Source: Saprospira sp. CCB-QB6
GTDB taxonomy: Bacteria; Bacteroidota; Bacteroidia; Chitinophagales; Saprospiraceae
DNA length: 64,000 nucleotides
Reading direction: 5' to 3'
Assembly: GCF_028464065.1 (NCBI RefSeq)
Contig: NZ_CP116808.1
Coordinates: 1,199,886 to 1,263,885 of the forward strand
The position numbers and the translations under genes were made by a program. Below are positions 1-8,692 of the stretch, one piece after another. Within the stretch, counting starts at the first letter, position 1; every line of letters starts with the position of its first letter. The notes under the pieces were generated by a model that worked only from the letters and a program-made list of their open reading frames with translations, ran no database searches and was not told the origin of the DNA.

Positions 1-1252
1 TAAAATCATTGTCCCAAATTTGTTGGCCTGACAAATAGGCGTTCTGTTCTAAAAAGCTGGGGCGGAACTGCTGCATTTGTCCCCAAGCCGCTGCAGCTAG
101 TCCTTTAAACAAAGGACGTTCATACTGCAGTTGAAACTGATAGTCTAGGGCTTTATTGCCTCCTAAAATCTTGGCAGAAGCAGATAGGCCTTTAAGTTGG
201 TAATTGGCTCCAGCAAAAAGGCTATGGATATGTTCTAAGGCTAGTGGTTCTTGTTTTACCGCTTGGTATCTGTGTCCAAAATAAAGCTGCAGATTATTCA
301 TTCGATAAGTCAGCTGATTTTGGATCTTTTGCTGTTGCATGGCCATTCGCAAGCCGCGATTATTCACTTGAAGTGGGCCATAAAAGCTACTATCTGTAGC
401 CAGATTATTATCAAAAAACTTATAGCGCTCTTGTTGATAGCGTATTTGATGTTCCCAATTTTTCCAATTTTGGCGATAAAGCAATTCTAAAAAGCGATTT
501 TCCTGTCTGGGAGAGTCATTATCTCCTTCATTCAGTCCTATCTCTGCTGTTTCTAAAAAGTCATTGCTCAAGCCTTGCAAAGTCGTATCCTGAAGGCCTC
601 CATTTTCACTTTGATTCTGACTAGAGGAGACAAAAAACAGACTGCCTTTATAAGCTCCTTTTTTATAGTGAATTTGAGCGCCAAAATCTCGGTGTTGGCT
701 GGCCAAGCTATTAAAATAGCCTCTTTGGCTCAGCACACTATACTGTAGTCCATAATACAACTGATCATTATATTGCTGACTCAACTCGGCTTTGAGGGCA
801 ATATTTCTTAGGTTAATTTGACTATAATAGAGATTGGTTAGGGCCTTCTTATCTTCCACTTGATAAATCCGGAGCTGTTCGGGCCGAAGCCGGTAAGCTT
901 CCAGATGCTCTCCAGCGCCCAAGCGCGGCCCCAATTCTTTTTCTTCATATTGCCAAGTTTTGGCAAAAACGGGCGTTCCCCAATGGCCCAAATTCCCATA
1001 GTTTTCGGTCCAACTTTCGCCCCCCCAGCCCCAAGCAAAATCATGCATATAGCCTAAGCTAGTGTCTAACACTAGCCAGTCATTTTCTGAAAGCGCATAA
1101 CGCCATTCTATTTTTAAGCTATCGCCTAATTTCTGAAAGCGCTCGGCTTCTGTAGCCTTGGGCATACTATCCTGTTGCAGGCTATCTAAAGGGGTTTGGG
1201 CCCAACTGCTGTTTGCTAAAAAGAGGAAAACAGCCAAAAGAACAATTCGCAT
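1..1252 (-). CDS. Secreted / outer-membrane-like protein, C-terminus beyond window start (partial)
   Basis: ATG at 1252 on the minus strand. Reads MRIVLLAVFLFLANSSWAQ (signal peptide) and stays open to position 1. The product is Tyr/Gln/Trp-rich with alternating residues, like a beta-barrel. The ORF track omits it because there is no stop inside the window. Confidence 0.5.
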   Translation of the reverse strand, partial: MRIVLLAVFLFLANSSWAQTPLDSLQQDSMPKATEAERFQKLGDSLKIEWRYALSENDWLVLDTSLGYMHDFAWGWGGESWTENYGNLGHWGTPVFAKTWQYEEKELGPRLGAGEHLEAYRLRPEQLRIYQVEDKKALTNLYYSQINLRNIALKAELSQQYNDQLYYGLQYSVLSQRGYFNSLASQHRDFGAQIHYKKGAYKGSLFFVSSSQNQSENGGLQDTTLQGLSNDFLETAEIGLNEGDNDSPRQENRFLELLYRQNWKNWEHQIRYQQERYKFFDNNLATDSSFYGPLQVNNRGLRMAMQQQKIQNQLTYRMNNLQLYFGHRYQAVKQEPLALEHIHSLFAGANYQLKGLSASAKILGGNKALDYQFQLQYERPLFKGLAAAAWGQMQQFRPSFLEQNAYLSGQQIWDNDF

Positions 1253-1261
1253 AGAGCTTTA

Positions 1262-1312
1262 TTTTTTGCGCAAAAAAAAGCCATAGACACTTGGGGTCCA
1301 TGGCTTTTTATT
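1262..1312 (-). terminator. Rho-independent terminator downstream of hup
   Basis: Imperfect hairpin gccatagac..gtccatggc flanked by an A-run and a T-run, immediately 3' of the HU stop. Confidence 0.45.
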
Positions 1313-1335
1313 AAAACTTCGAAAGAAAAAGCAAC

Positions 1336-1659
1336 TTACTTTTTCTTCTTGTCAGCAGCAGCTTTAAGGCTAGTGCGTAGATCCTTGTTATCTACAGTAC
1401 CAGCAAGCTCTTTACCTGCCTTAAATTTTACAGTTACCTTATCGCTAATTTGGATTTCCTTCTGTGTAGAAGGGTTGATTCCTTTGCGAGCAGCACGATA
1501 GTTCACATCAAAAGTACCAAAACCAACCAAAGTGATTTTTTGGCCTGCTTTCAAAGTGTCTGCAATAGTTTCTAGGGTAGCGTTCAAGGCTGCAGCAGCA
1601 TCAGCTTTTTTCAAACCAGCAGCTTCTGCAATTTTGTCGATCAAATCTCCTTTGTTCAT
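1336..1659 (-). CDS. hup: DNA-binding protein HU (histone-like) with a short Lys-rich C-terminal tail
   Basis: MNKGDLIDKIAE...GFGTF...RAARKGINPSTQKEIQI matches the HU/IHF fold signature and ends in KKKK. Confidence 0.92.
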   Translation of the reverse strand: MNKGDLIDKIAEAAGLKKADAAAALNATLETIADTLKAGQKITLVGFGTFDVNYRAARKGINPSTQKEIQISDKVTVKFKAGKELAGTVDNKDLRTSLKAAADKKKK

Positions 1660-1894
1660 AGTTAAATTCTAGATTATCCAAATGATACAGTAATTCTTGC
1701 GCCCTGAAAAGCTAGCTTGGGGTAGTTTGAATAGAGCAGGGGGGCTCTCTGTCTAAGGCTTCTTACTGTTCTTCAAACCAATGGTCGAAGGTCTAGCTTT
1801 TGGCGCTTACAAATTTATGTCCTTTTGCAGCATTTCCAAACATTTCCCAAAAAAAAGCAGACAAAGGCCCTAAAAAAGGCCATTTTAGTACTGT

Positions 1895-2050
1895 TTCGGG
1901 GCCTCCGCAGCAAAGCTGCGGCGCTGCGTTTCAGGGCTCGCAGGTCTGCTCGGCCCTTCGCCAGCAAGCTGGCTCGGTCTGGCCTAGCGGCCACCCTTTC
2001 ACATCGCTAGGCCAGTTGGCCTTCGGCCAAGGCGGCTGCGCCGCCAAAAG
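1895..2050 (+). repeat. GC-rich interspersed element, variant B (GGGGCCTCCGC...GGGCTCGCAGG...CACATCGCTAGGCC)
   Basis: Shares conserved arms with more than 20 other copies in the window. The six-frame ORFs at 1800-2066 lie inside it and are artefacts. Confidence 0.85.
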
Positions 2051-2098
2051 GACCCGTCTAAAATAGCAACAGCCAGTCAGAAATCTGACTGGCTGTTG

Positions 2099-2170
2099 TT
2101 GGCCTACTAGGACTCGAACCTAGAATGACAGAACCAAAATCTGCTGTGTTACCAATTACACCATAGGCCA
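2099..2170 (-). tRNA. tRNA-Gln (anticodon UUG)
   Basis: The reverse complement folds as a cloverleaf: acceptor TGGCCTA/TAGGCCA, anticodon loop TTTTGGT, T-arm GGTTCGAGTCC. Confidence 0.85.
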
Positions 2171-2217
2171 ATAAAATCTTTGCTACGTAAAGGAGCCAAA
2201 CTCTCGTTTGAAAGTTG

Positions 2218-2289
2218 TTGGCCCACTAGGACTCGAACCTAGAATGACAGAACCAAAATCTGCTGTGTTACCAATTACACCATGGGCCA
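2218..2289 (-). tRNA. tRNA-Gln (anticodon UUG), second tandem copy
   Basis: Near-identical to the first copy with acceptor TGGCCCA/TGGGCCA, located 120 bp away. Confidence 0.85.
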
Positions 2290-2339
2290 ATTCCGTAGCG
2301 GCACAAATATAAGAAGGAAAATTAAACCTCCAAAACTTT

Positions 2340-2771
2340 TTACATTTTTTCTAGTAAAATTTGTCGTTTTCCTTCTTCTTGGACCAAGATCCGCAAATGC
2401 AGCGCATTTTCGGGCAACAAAGGTAACAAAATTTCTGGCCACTCCACAAAGAAATAATGCTCATCTTCTAGATAGTCCTCAATGCCAATTTCAAGGGCTT
2501 CTTCTAGGTTTTCTAGGCGGTAGAGGTCCGCATGCCGGACCAACAAAGGGCTATCCCTTAAGCCATACTCATTGATGAGGCTATAGCTAGGGCTACTGCT
2601 TTCTTCTTGGCCGCCTAGGGCCCTCACTAAATAATGGACCAAAGTGGTTTTTCCCGCCCCCATAGGCGCATCTAAAAAAACTTTGCGGTAAGTTTGCAGC
2701 GGTCCAGCAACTAGCTCTTGGGCCAGCGCCGCCAATTCGGCCAAATTATTTACCGTATAATCTGTTTGCAT
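2340..2771 (-). CDS. tsaE: tRNA threonylcarbamoyladenosine biosynthesis ATPase TsaE
   Basis: P-loop LDAPMGAGKTTLVHYLVRALG, about 144 aa. The start was trimmed to MQTDYTV at 2771. The longer ORF-track start at 2873 runs over the neighbouring gene. Confidence 0.8.
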   Translation of the reverse strand: MQTDYTVNNLAELAALAQELVAGPLQTYRKVFLDAPMGAGKTTLVHYLVRALGGQEESSSPSYSLINEYGLRDSPLLVRHADLYRLENLEEALEIGIEDYLEDEHYFFVEWPEILLPLLPENALHLRILVQEEGKRQILLEKM

Positions 2772-2772
2772 A

Positions 2773-3615
2773 ATGAATCTAATTTCTGCAAAGTTAGTCC
2801 AACTTAGCCTTGAAGCCAAAAAAATTGCGCTTCCCCTCTCCTTCTTTAGTCTTCTTTTTTTAGGCGCCTGCAAAAGTAGCAGCCCCCTCGCCTACTTACA
2901 AGCAGCCCCAACAAAGCAAATGCAAATTGATGGACAAAGTGAGGATTGGCCCAAAGGACTACAACGCCTAAGCGAAAGAATCAATATTCAATATGCAGCC
3001 AAAGAAGATGAGCAGTTTCTCTACCTATATATACGTATAGATGAGGCCAGCTACCAAAACTATATTTTGGCCAATGGTGCCCAAATCTGGATCGATAGCC
3101 TGGGCAAAGACAAAAAGAGCCTCGGCCTTAATTATCCCCTCCCCCTGGCCACTAACCGCCTAGAAGAATTGGCCCAAAAGGCTGGAGCAGATGAAGCTAA
3201 ATTTTTAACCCTCTATACTCAGGAATTACAAGAGTTTGAACTGCTCAATTTTGTCTCAGAAAATATTCGCGTGAGCAATTTGGCCTCTAAAGATTTTAAA
3301 ACAGCCGCCCATTTTGATGAAGGCAAACGCCTTTGCCTAGAATTTCAACTCCCTAAAAATCGCTTTGGCCTGAAAAAGAAAAGTAGTACTGCCTTTTCTT
3401 TTGGCTTTTTTGTCCGTGAAACGCCAAGTTCCCCCTTCGATCAAGCAGAACAGGCCGGAGGCAGCCTCTTTGATGAACAAGACCCCCAAAATGGAGTAAC
3501 CAGCAGTAACCCCATGCTAGGCGGCAGCAGCCAACAAATGGGCAGCCAAGGCATGTCTATGCCTACAAAAAATAATTTGCCCAAAGTTTGGATTCGCCTA
3601 GGCCAACAGCCCTAA
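2773..3615 (+). CDS. Lipoprotein, hypothetical
   Basis: Signal peptide with lipobox LFLGAC, 280-aa ORF. The exact start is uncertain because it abuts the tsaE start codon. Confidence 0.6.
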   Translation: MNLISAKLVQLSLEAKKIALPLSFFSLLFLGACKSSSPLAYLQAAPTKQMQIDGQSEDWPKGLQRLSERINIQYAAKEDEQFLYLYIRIDEASYQNYILANGAQIWIDSLGKDKKSLGLNYPLPLATNRLEELAQKAGADEAKFLTLYTQELQEFELLNFVSENIRVSNLASKDFKTAAHFDEGKRLCLEFQLPKNRFGLKKKSSTAFSFGFFVRETPSSPFDQAEQAGGSLFDEQDPQNGVTSSNPMLGGSSQQMGSQGMSMPTKNNLPKVWIRLGQQP

Positions 3616-3935
3616 AGCAAAAGCTTATTTAAATGTTTATTCAATTTTAGTGACAAAAGATTTCATCCAACTACTTTAGTCGAAAAATAGAGTCGCTTCT
3701 ATTTTTCTATTTCCTTAACACTTTTACAGGGGCTAAAAAAAGCCACCCCCCACAAAAATCACTGCAAATCAGCAATAAACATATAAAATAACTACAAGCC
3801 AAACCTATAGGTAAAACACCTAAAAAAGGAATTATAGGCCTTTTCCCGAAGTTAAAACAATCATAATACCCCATATTTGTAACACAACAAATAGTTACTG
3901 CTAAAGCAGAAAACTATTTGGGGTAAATAATGGGG

Positions 3936-3975
3936 ATTTTTATAAGCATCAAACTTGGGGGAGTTTGATGCTTTT
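3936..3975 (+). terminator. Terminator-like hairpin in an AT-rich spacer
   Basis: Perfect 12-bp stem aagcatcaaact/agtttgatgctt followed by TTTTGTTTGG. Confidence 0.35.
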
Positions 3976-3984
3976 GTTTGGTCC

Positions 3985-4150
3985 ATTTTGCGGTGGACAG
4001 GCGGCGAAGCCGCCGCAGGCTGAGGGATGGAAAAGGGTGGCCCGAAGGGCCAGACCCAGCAAAAATGCGAAGCATTTTTTGCGCAGGGCCGAGCGAGTAG
4101 CGAGCCCTGACACAGCCCGACCCGACCAAAGGGCGGGGCAGCCCCAAAAT
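3985..4150 (-). repeat. GC-rich interspersed element, variant A, reverse orientation
   Basis: Reverse complement of the 6664-6895 copy, including the gcaaaaaatgc..gcatttttgc hairpin. ORFs at 3914-4177 are artefacts. Confidence 0.85.
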
Positions 4151-4153
4151 ATC

Positions 4154-4840
4154 CTATTCTGGAATAGGATGATCTAGCATCTTGAAAGTAAAGAATTCGA
4201 GCATTTTAACGACTGCATCCAGCTGGCCTTTTTCTACAGAAACATCGGTAATAGAGGGGAAATGCTCGGCAAAATAGATATGATCGCTAGCCATTTCAAT
4301 TAGGGTAGAAGCTAGCGTATTGGGGTAGGGAAAATCGGGTTTTACAGCCTGAATGGCATCGGCAATGACCTTAGAAAGGGTTTTGTAGTTGAGAAAAAGC
4401 CCCTCCTTATTTTCATGATCGACCTCTTTGGTGTGGTAGGCCTTGATGCCCTCGGCCACGACAATGCGATGTAGGCGGTTTTCGTCTACATATTCTACAG
4501 CAGGGTTGGTTTGTGAAGAAGTGACCAAAGTGGTCAAGATTATTTTTAATCGCTTGGCGGGACAATCGATATTCATGCTATTATAATCAATTTGGAACAT
4601 GGTCCACTCCCAATACCAACAGACCAAATAGAGCAGCAATTTGTGCTTATTTTCAAAATAGCGATAAACAGAAGCCTCCGTTGATTGAATTTTGCTTGCC
4701 AGTTTTTTGAAGGTAAACTTCTCAAAACCGAGTTCCTCAATCAGGATAATGGCGTACTCAATGATTTTTCGGCCCAATTTGGTTTGCTGGGGGTCTCGTA
4801 GGTAAAGGTTCTCGTTGAGTTGAATATGAATAGCAACCAT
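4154..4840 (-). CDS. TetR/AcrR-family transcriptional regulator
   Basis: HTH KLASKIQSTEASVYRYFENKHKLL near the N-terminus. Start trimmed to M at 4840. Confidence 0.8.
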   Translation of the reverse strand: MVAIHIQLNENLYLRDPQQTKLGRKIIEYAIILIEELGFEKFTFKKLASKIQSTEASVYRYFENKHKLLLYLVCWYWEWTMFQIDYNSMNIDCPAKRLKIILTTLVTSSQTNPAVEYVDENRLHRIVVAEGIKAYHTKEVDHENKEGLFLNYKTLSKVIADAIQAVKPDFPYPNTLASTLIEMASDHIYFAEHFPSITDVSVEKGQLDAVVKMLEFFTFKMLDHPIPE

Positions 4841-4958
4841 GAAAGTGATTGTTAAGCGGTGGTTGATGAGCTGTTGGCAGCGCAAAGATAGACTTTAAAA
4901 AAGAAAAAACCCTTTTGCAACTACGCAAAAGGGCCTTATCCAAATCGCTAAGGGAAAA

Positions 4959-6581
4959 TTAGTCGGCTTCTAGCTCTAGCGGTTGTATCTGCTTGAGCTC
5001 TGCCAAGCTCTCCCCTTCCCTATCGAGGCCAAACCATTCCCAACGAATTTCTTTGAATTTGGCATAGGCCTTAAAATCCTCAAAAATATCAAGAATATCG
5101 GGATCAATATGAGCGGTTCGGCTAGCGTCAATAAGCAAATGACTTTGAGCAGGAACCTTTGATAGGTATTCCTTTAATGCACTTTTATTCAAAAAAGAAA
5201 GATCTTCTGATAGCTGAAGATGAATCCTATCGCCCTCCTTAATTTCCGTAAAAGGCAAACGATAATTATTGCGTAAAATATAGAAAATAGCCACAGCCAT
5301 CCCGATCGTAATCCCGACTAACAAATCGCTAAGCAAAATGGCGACAATCGTAACCACAAAAGGAATAAATTGCTTATACCCCTGCCTCCACATCTGTTTA
5401 AAGACGGTTGGATTAGCCAATTTGTAGCCCACCATAACCAAAATGGCCGCTAAACTGGCCAAGGGGATGAGGTTGAGCAAAAAAGGAATTGTCAAAACGG
5501 CCAAAAGCAAAAAGACCCCATGCAAAAAAGCCGCTGTCTTAGAACGTCCCCCTGACTGAATATTGGCCGAAGAGCGCACAATCACCTGAGTAACAGGCAA
5601 ACCACCCAACAAACCCGCTGCAATATTTCCCATTCCCTGGGCCTTGAGCTCTTGGTTGAGGTTGGTGGTCCGTTTATGCGGATCCAATTTATCGGTAGCT
5701 TCTGCACAAAGCAGAGACTCCATACTCCCCACAATCGCCAACGTTATGGCCGTACTATAAACGGCTGGATTAAAGAGCTCTGCAAAGTTTGGAAACTTCA
5801 TTTCATTAGAAAAGGCTGCCCAAGAATCAAAAATAGGCAAACTCACCAAATGCTCTGGGGCAATTTCCAGTTGTGGAATCCCCTTAAAGCCCAAATTCAG
5901 CAAAATGCCAGAAATAACCGCCACCAAAGGCCCCTGAATCCACAAGGCCCAAGGCTGCTTTTTAATCAGGTCCTGCTGCCAAATAATAAGAATGGTAAAA
6001 GCCACCAAAGCCGCTACCGCTGGCCCCCAATTGACATTCAAGCCCTCAAAAACATCTGTAAATGCCTTAAAAATTTCACTAAAAGTCGTCTCCCCATCTG
6101 GCTGCTGATAGGCCATCTCCCCCTCTGGGTCCTTGTCATCGCCCAAAGCATGCGGAATCTGCTTGAGGATGATAATCAAACCAATGCCCGACAACATCCC
6201 CTTAATGACCGAAGATGGAAAAAAATACCCAATGCTTCCCGCCTTCAAAAAACCGAGCAAAAGCTGAAAGATACCCGAAATCACTACCGCCAACAAAAAG
6301 GTTTCAAAACTACCCAATTGCTCAATAGCCGCAATGACAATGGCCACCAATCCAGCCGCTGGACCACTGACCCCCAAAGAGGAATTTGAAAAAAGCGTGA
6401 CCACCGTGCCCCCCACTATGCCCGCAATAATGCCCGACAAAAGAGAGGTGCCCGAAGCTAAAGCAATACCCAAACAAAGCGGTACCGCAACCAAAAAAAC
6501 GACGATAGCCGCAGGCAAATCGTTGCTTAAATACTTAAATGACAGAGGAGACTTCATAGCTATAATTGTATGTTTAGACAA
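4959..6581 (-). CDS. SulP-family anion (sulfate/bicarbonate) permease with C-terminal STAS domain
   Basis: 540 aa, multiple TM helices, C-terminal STAS-like region (LIDASRTAHIDPD...). Confidence 0.9.
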   Translation of the reverse strand: MSKHTIIAMKSPLSFKYLSNDLPAAIVVFLVAVPLCLGIALASGTSLLSGIIAGIVGGTVVTLFSNSSLGVSGPAAGLVAIVIAAIEQLGSFETFLLAVVISGIFQLLLGFLKAGSIGYFFPSSVIKGMLSGIGLIIILKQIPHALGDDKDPEGEMAYQQPDGETTFSEIFKAFTDVFEGLNVNWGPAVAALVAFTILIIWQQDLIKKQPWALWIQGPLVAVISGILLNLGFKGIPQLEIAPEHLVSLPIFDSWAAFSNEMKFPNFAELFNPAVYSTAITLAIVGSMESLLCAEATDKLDPHKRTTNLNQELKAQGMGNIAAGLLGGLPVTQVIVRSSANIQSGGRSKTAAFLHGVFLLLAVLTIPFLLNLIPLASLAAILVMVGYKLANPTVFKQMWRQGYKQFIPFVVTIVAILLSDLLVGITIGMAVAIFYILRNNYRLPFTEIKEGDRIHLQLSEDLSFLNKSALKEYLSKVPAQSHLLIDASRTAHIDPDILDIFEDFKAYAKFKEIRWEWFGLDREGESLAELKQIQPLELEAD

Positions 6582-6663
6582 TTAGATGATAGTAAAGCTA
6601 TCAAGTACAAAGGTAATTAACTTATTCTAGTTAGTTTCACTTTATTTTATCTTTTTCTCTTCT

Positions 6664-6895
6664 TTTTTGGGGCTGCCCCTCCCGCCGAGTTGAAACCGAT
6701 CGCAAAGCGGTATCGCTTTGCGAAGCGATACAAAATGAGGGTGGAAACCCTCATGAGTTATTGGTCGGGTCGGGCTGTGTCAGGGCTCGCTGCTCGCTCG
6801 GCCCTGCGCAAAAAATGCTTTGCATTTTTGCTGGGTCTGGCCCTTTGGGCCACCCTTTTCCATCCCTCAGCCGTTTGGCCTTCGGCCATTTTGAG
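6664..6895 (+). repeat. GC-rich interspersed element, variant A, with an extra hairpin insert
   Basis: TTTTGGGGCTGCCCC...GGGTCGGGCTGTG...CTCGCTCGGCCC...GGTCTGGCC..GGGCCACCC. The ORF at 6690-6932 is an artefact. Confidence 0.85.
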
Positions 6896-7084
6896 ACTGT
6901 TTGAAATTTTTTGTGCCCTTTTCTGTGCCTAGGGACAAGCCCCTAGGCGATTATTGGCTGAATCCTGCTTTTTACATAGCCAGTTATGTTTTTTACATAG
7001 CTAGTTAGCTCCCAGACATAACTTTTGCCCTTTTTGATTTTGTTACATTATTTCCATTTTTAACAGATCGATAATATATAGACA

Positions 7085-7122
7085 TAAAAAAAGGCCCAAA
7101 ACCTAGGTTTTGGGCCTTTTGC
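7085..7122 (-). terminator. Rho-independent terminator
   Basis: Perfect 24-bp palindrome ggcccaaaacctaggttttgggcc flanked by an A-run and a T-run, 3' of the 7133-7606 gene. Confidence 0.6.
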
Positions 7123-7132
7123 GGGGCATATT

Positions 7133-7606
7133 TTATTTGAGGTTAAAGCTGCCCATAAAATCTTGGATTTCTTCAGCTTTAACGGCTTGAGGTTGGCGGT
7201 TAACGATAAGGAGCTGATAGACCTTATTTTCTTTGCGGTAGAGGTCATAGACAGCGGCGGCATCGAAGCCCATAAGGGTATATCGTTTAGAATTTTTGCC
7301 CCAGGGGCCTTCTTCTCTTTGGACACTCATGGGTTGGAGGCGCATAGCGGCGCCCAGCAAGAGAATTTCGAAAAGGCTATCGGGGGCTAGGGCGAGTTGA
7401 GTTTCGCCTAACTTCATGCAGGCGGCTTGATACTCCCAGATAGAGTCTGGACTTTTGTAGAAATAGGCTTCTACTCCATTTTGTTCTAGGCTATCGAAGG
7501 GGGCGGGAAATTGGAGGCTATACTGGCCAAATTCGGAATGGGCCATTGTTTTTTGTTGGCAGGCGTAGAGGCTAAGGAGCAGGCAGAGGAGGCTAAGAAT
7601 TCGCAT
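7133..7606 (-). CDS. Small lipoprotein, hypothetical
   Basis: Start trimmed to MRILSLLCLLLSLYAC (lipobox). The longer ORF-track N-terminus lies inside the GC-rich repeat. Confidence 0.6.
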   Translation of the reverse strand: MRILSLLCLLLSLYACQQKTMAHSEFGQYSLQFPAPFDSLEQNGVEAYFYKSPDSIWEYQAACMKLGETQLALAPDSLFEILLLGAAMRLQPMSVQREEGPWGKNSKRYTLMGFDAAAVYDLYRKENKVYQLLIVNRQPQAVKAEEIQDFMGSFNLK

Positions 7607-7640
7607 AATTGATTTTGGGCCAAAAATAAGCTTTTTTTGG

Positions 7641-7812
7641 GAGGATTGGAGGCGGCGCAGCCGCCTTGGCCGCAGGCCAGTTGGCCCAGCGCTGCGGAGG
7701 GGTGGCCCGAAGGGCCAGACCAAAGCCGCCGCAGGCGGCTGCAGGGCCGAACAGCCCTGTGAGCCCCGCAGCATAGCGGCGGCCGCCCCTCATAAAAGGG
7801 CGGCCGCGGGCT
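7641..7812 (-). repeat. GC-rich interspersed element, variant B reverse, plus a GCGGCCGC hairpin module
   Basis: ccacc..gggtggcccgaagggccagacc..., then gcggcggccgcccc..ggggcggccgcgggc. ORF 7593-7793 is an artefact. Confidence 0.8.
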
Positions 7813-7813
7813 C

Positions 7814-8686
7814 CTAAAAAATACTTTGATTAGTTAGGCGGAGAGCAGCACGGAGGGCATTGAGCATATTTCCGTGAGTTTGAATTTCTTGGATATCGAG
7901 ACCAATATCGACAATAGTTTGGGCTACATTTCCGGAAATGCCAGAGAGCATAGCTTGGCAGCCCATGAGTTTGGCGGCTTTGCTCATTTTGATCAGGGCA
8001 TTGGCCACCTCGCTATCCATCACGGCGATGCCTCGGATATCGAGAATAAAGACCTTAGCATTTTTCTCGGCGATAGCTTCCAGCATAGCGTTAAGGACTT
8101 GTCGGGCTCGTTCGCTATCGAGGAAACCGACCAGAGGCAGGAGCAGGATACCTTCCCAGAGGGGGGTAATGGGGGTAGACATAGCCGAGAGGGTTTCCTC
8201 TTTTTCTTGGAGGAGTTCTTCTTGGGCTTTACTGTAGCCATCGGTCAGGGTGGAGATAGCGATTCCGGTCAGTTTTCGATAAGTTTTGAGCAGACTAAGC
8301 GTAAGCAGGCCTTCTCTTTCGAATAGGTCTTGGACCTCTTGGTGGTAATAATTTTGGAAAGCTAAATAGGCATCGAAGGGGATGCCTACACTGGCGAAGA
8401 CTTGGCCAAAAAACCGTTGGCGTTCGATATATTCGTCATCGGCTTGGCCAGCGAGCAGATCGTCCCAGAAAATATCTTCGCTATCTCGGATGGCTTGCAG
8501 GACATCCTCTGTATAATACTGTTGGAAGAAGGGGTGATTTTCTAGCCAGCTGTAGAAGCGCGAGTAGAGTTCATCTTTTTGATCATAAATTTTTTGGCCG
8601 GCTTGGGCAAGTTCTGCTAGGTCTTCATCGGTGAGAAAAAAGAGGGCTTGGTAATAGGGCCAATTTTTAGTGTTAGGATCAATCAT
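7814..8686 (-). CDS. RsbR-like protein with N-terminal globin-like sensor and C-terminal STAS domain
   Basis: C-terminal LLPLVGFLDSERARQVLNAMLEAI...FILDIRGIAVMDSEVANALIKM is a STAS/anti-sigma-antagonist fold. No RsbS or RsbT gene is adjacent. Confidence 0.75.
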   Translation of the reverse strand: MIDPNTKNWPYYQALFFLTDEDLAELAQAGQKIYDQKDELYSRFYSWLENHPFFQQYYTEDVLQAIRDSEDIFWDDLLAGQADDEYIERQRFFGQVFASVGIPFDAYLAFQNYYHQEVQDLFEREGLLTLSLLKTYRKLTGIAISTLTDGYSKAQEELLQEKEETLSAMSTPITPLWEGILLLPLVGFLDSERARQVLNAMLEAIAEKNAKVFILDIRGIAVMDSEVANALIKMSKAAKLMGCQAMLSGISGNVAQTIVDIGLDIQEIQTHGNMLNALRAALRLTNQSIF

Positions 8687-8692
8687 CTGTAC

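Noticed and set aside
1800-2066. ORF-track ORFs lying wholly within GC-rich repeat elements (e.g. 1800-2066, 3914-4177, 6690-6932, 7593-7793, 21842-22313, 30123-30350, 36193-36507, 47346-47572, 47646-48014, 51934-52200, 54620-55108 N-terminal part, 56876-57247, 58305-58836, 62105-62698, 62452-62640)
   Set aside because: Translations are Ala/Pro/Arg/Gly-rich low-complexity strings (…GPPFHSARP…, …LRRLRRL…). They recur in both orientations wherever the repeat occurs. They overlap each other in several frames, which is typical of GC-rich non-coding DNA.
5652-6389. Antisense ORFs inside confident genes (e.g. 5652-6389 in SulP, 7874-8326 in the RsbR-like gene, 21038-21637 in pdhA, 28198-29315 in the VgrG-like gene, 31057-31539 in tube 2, 35419-35841 in the cap gene, 48601-49579 in ftsH, 60672-61412 and 61539-61820 in the 1056-aa gene, 63097-63648 in the Fe-S gene)
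   Set aside because: Each is fully embedded in the opposite strand of a longer ORF with a recognisable protein family or strong coding signal. Their products are low-complexity or have no similarity.
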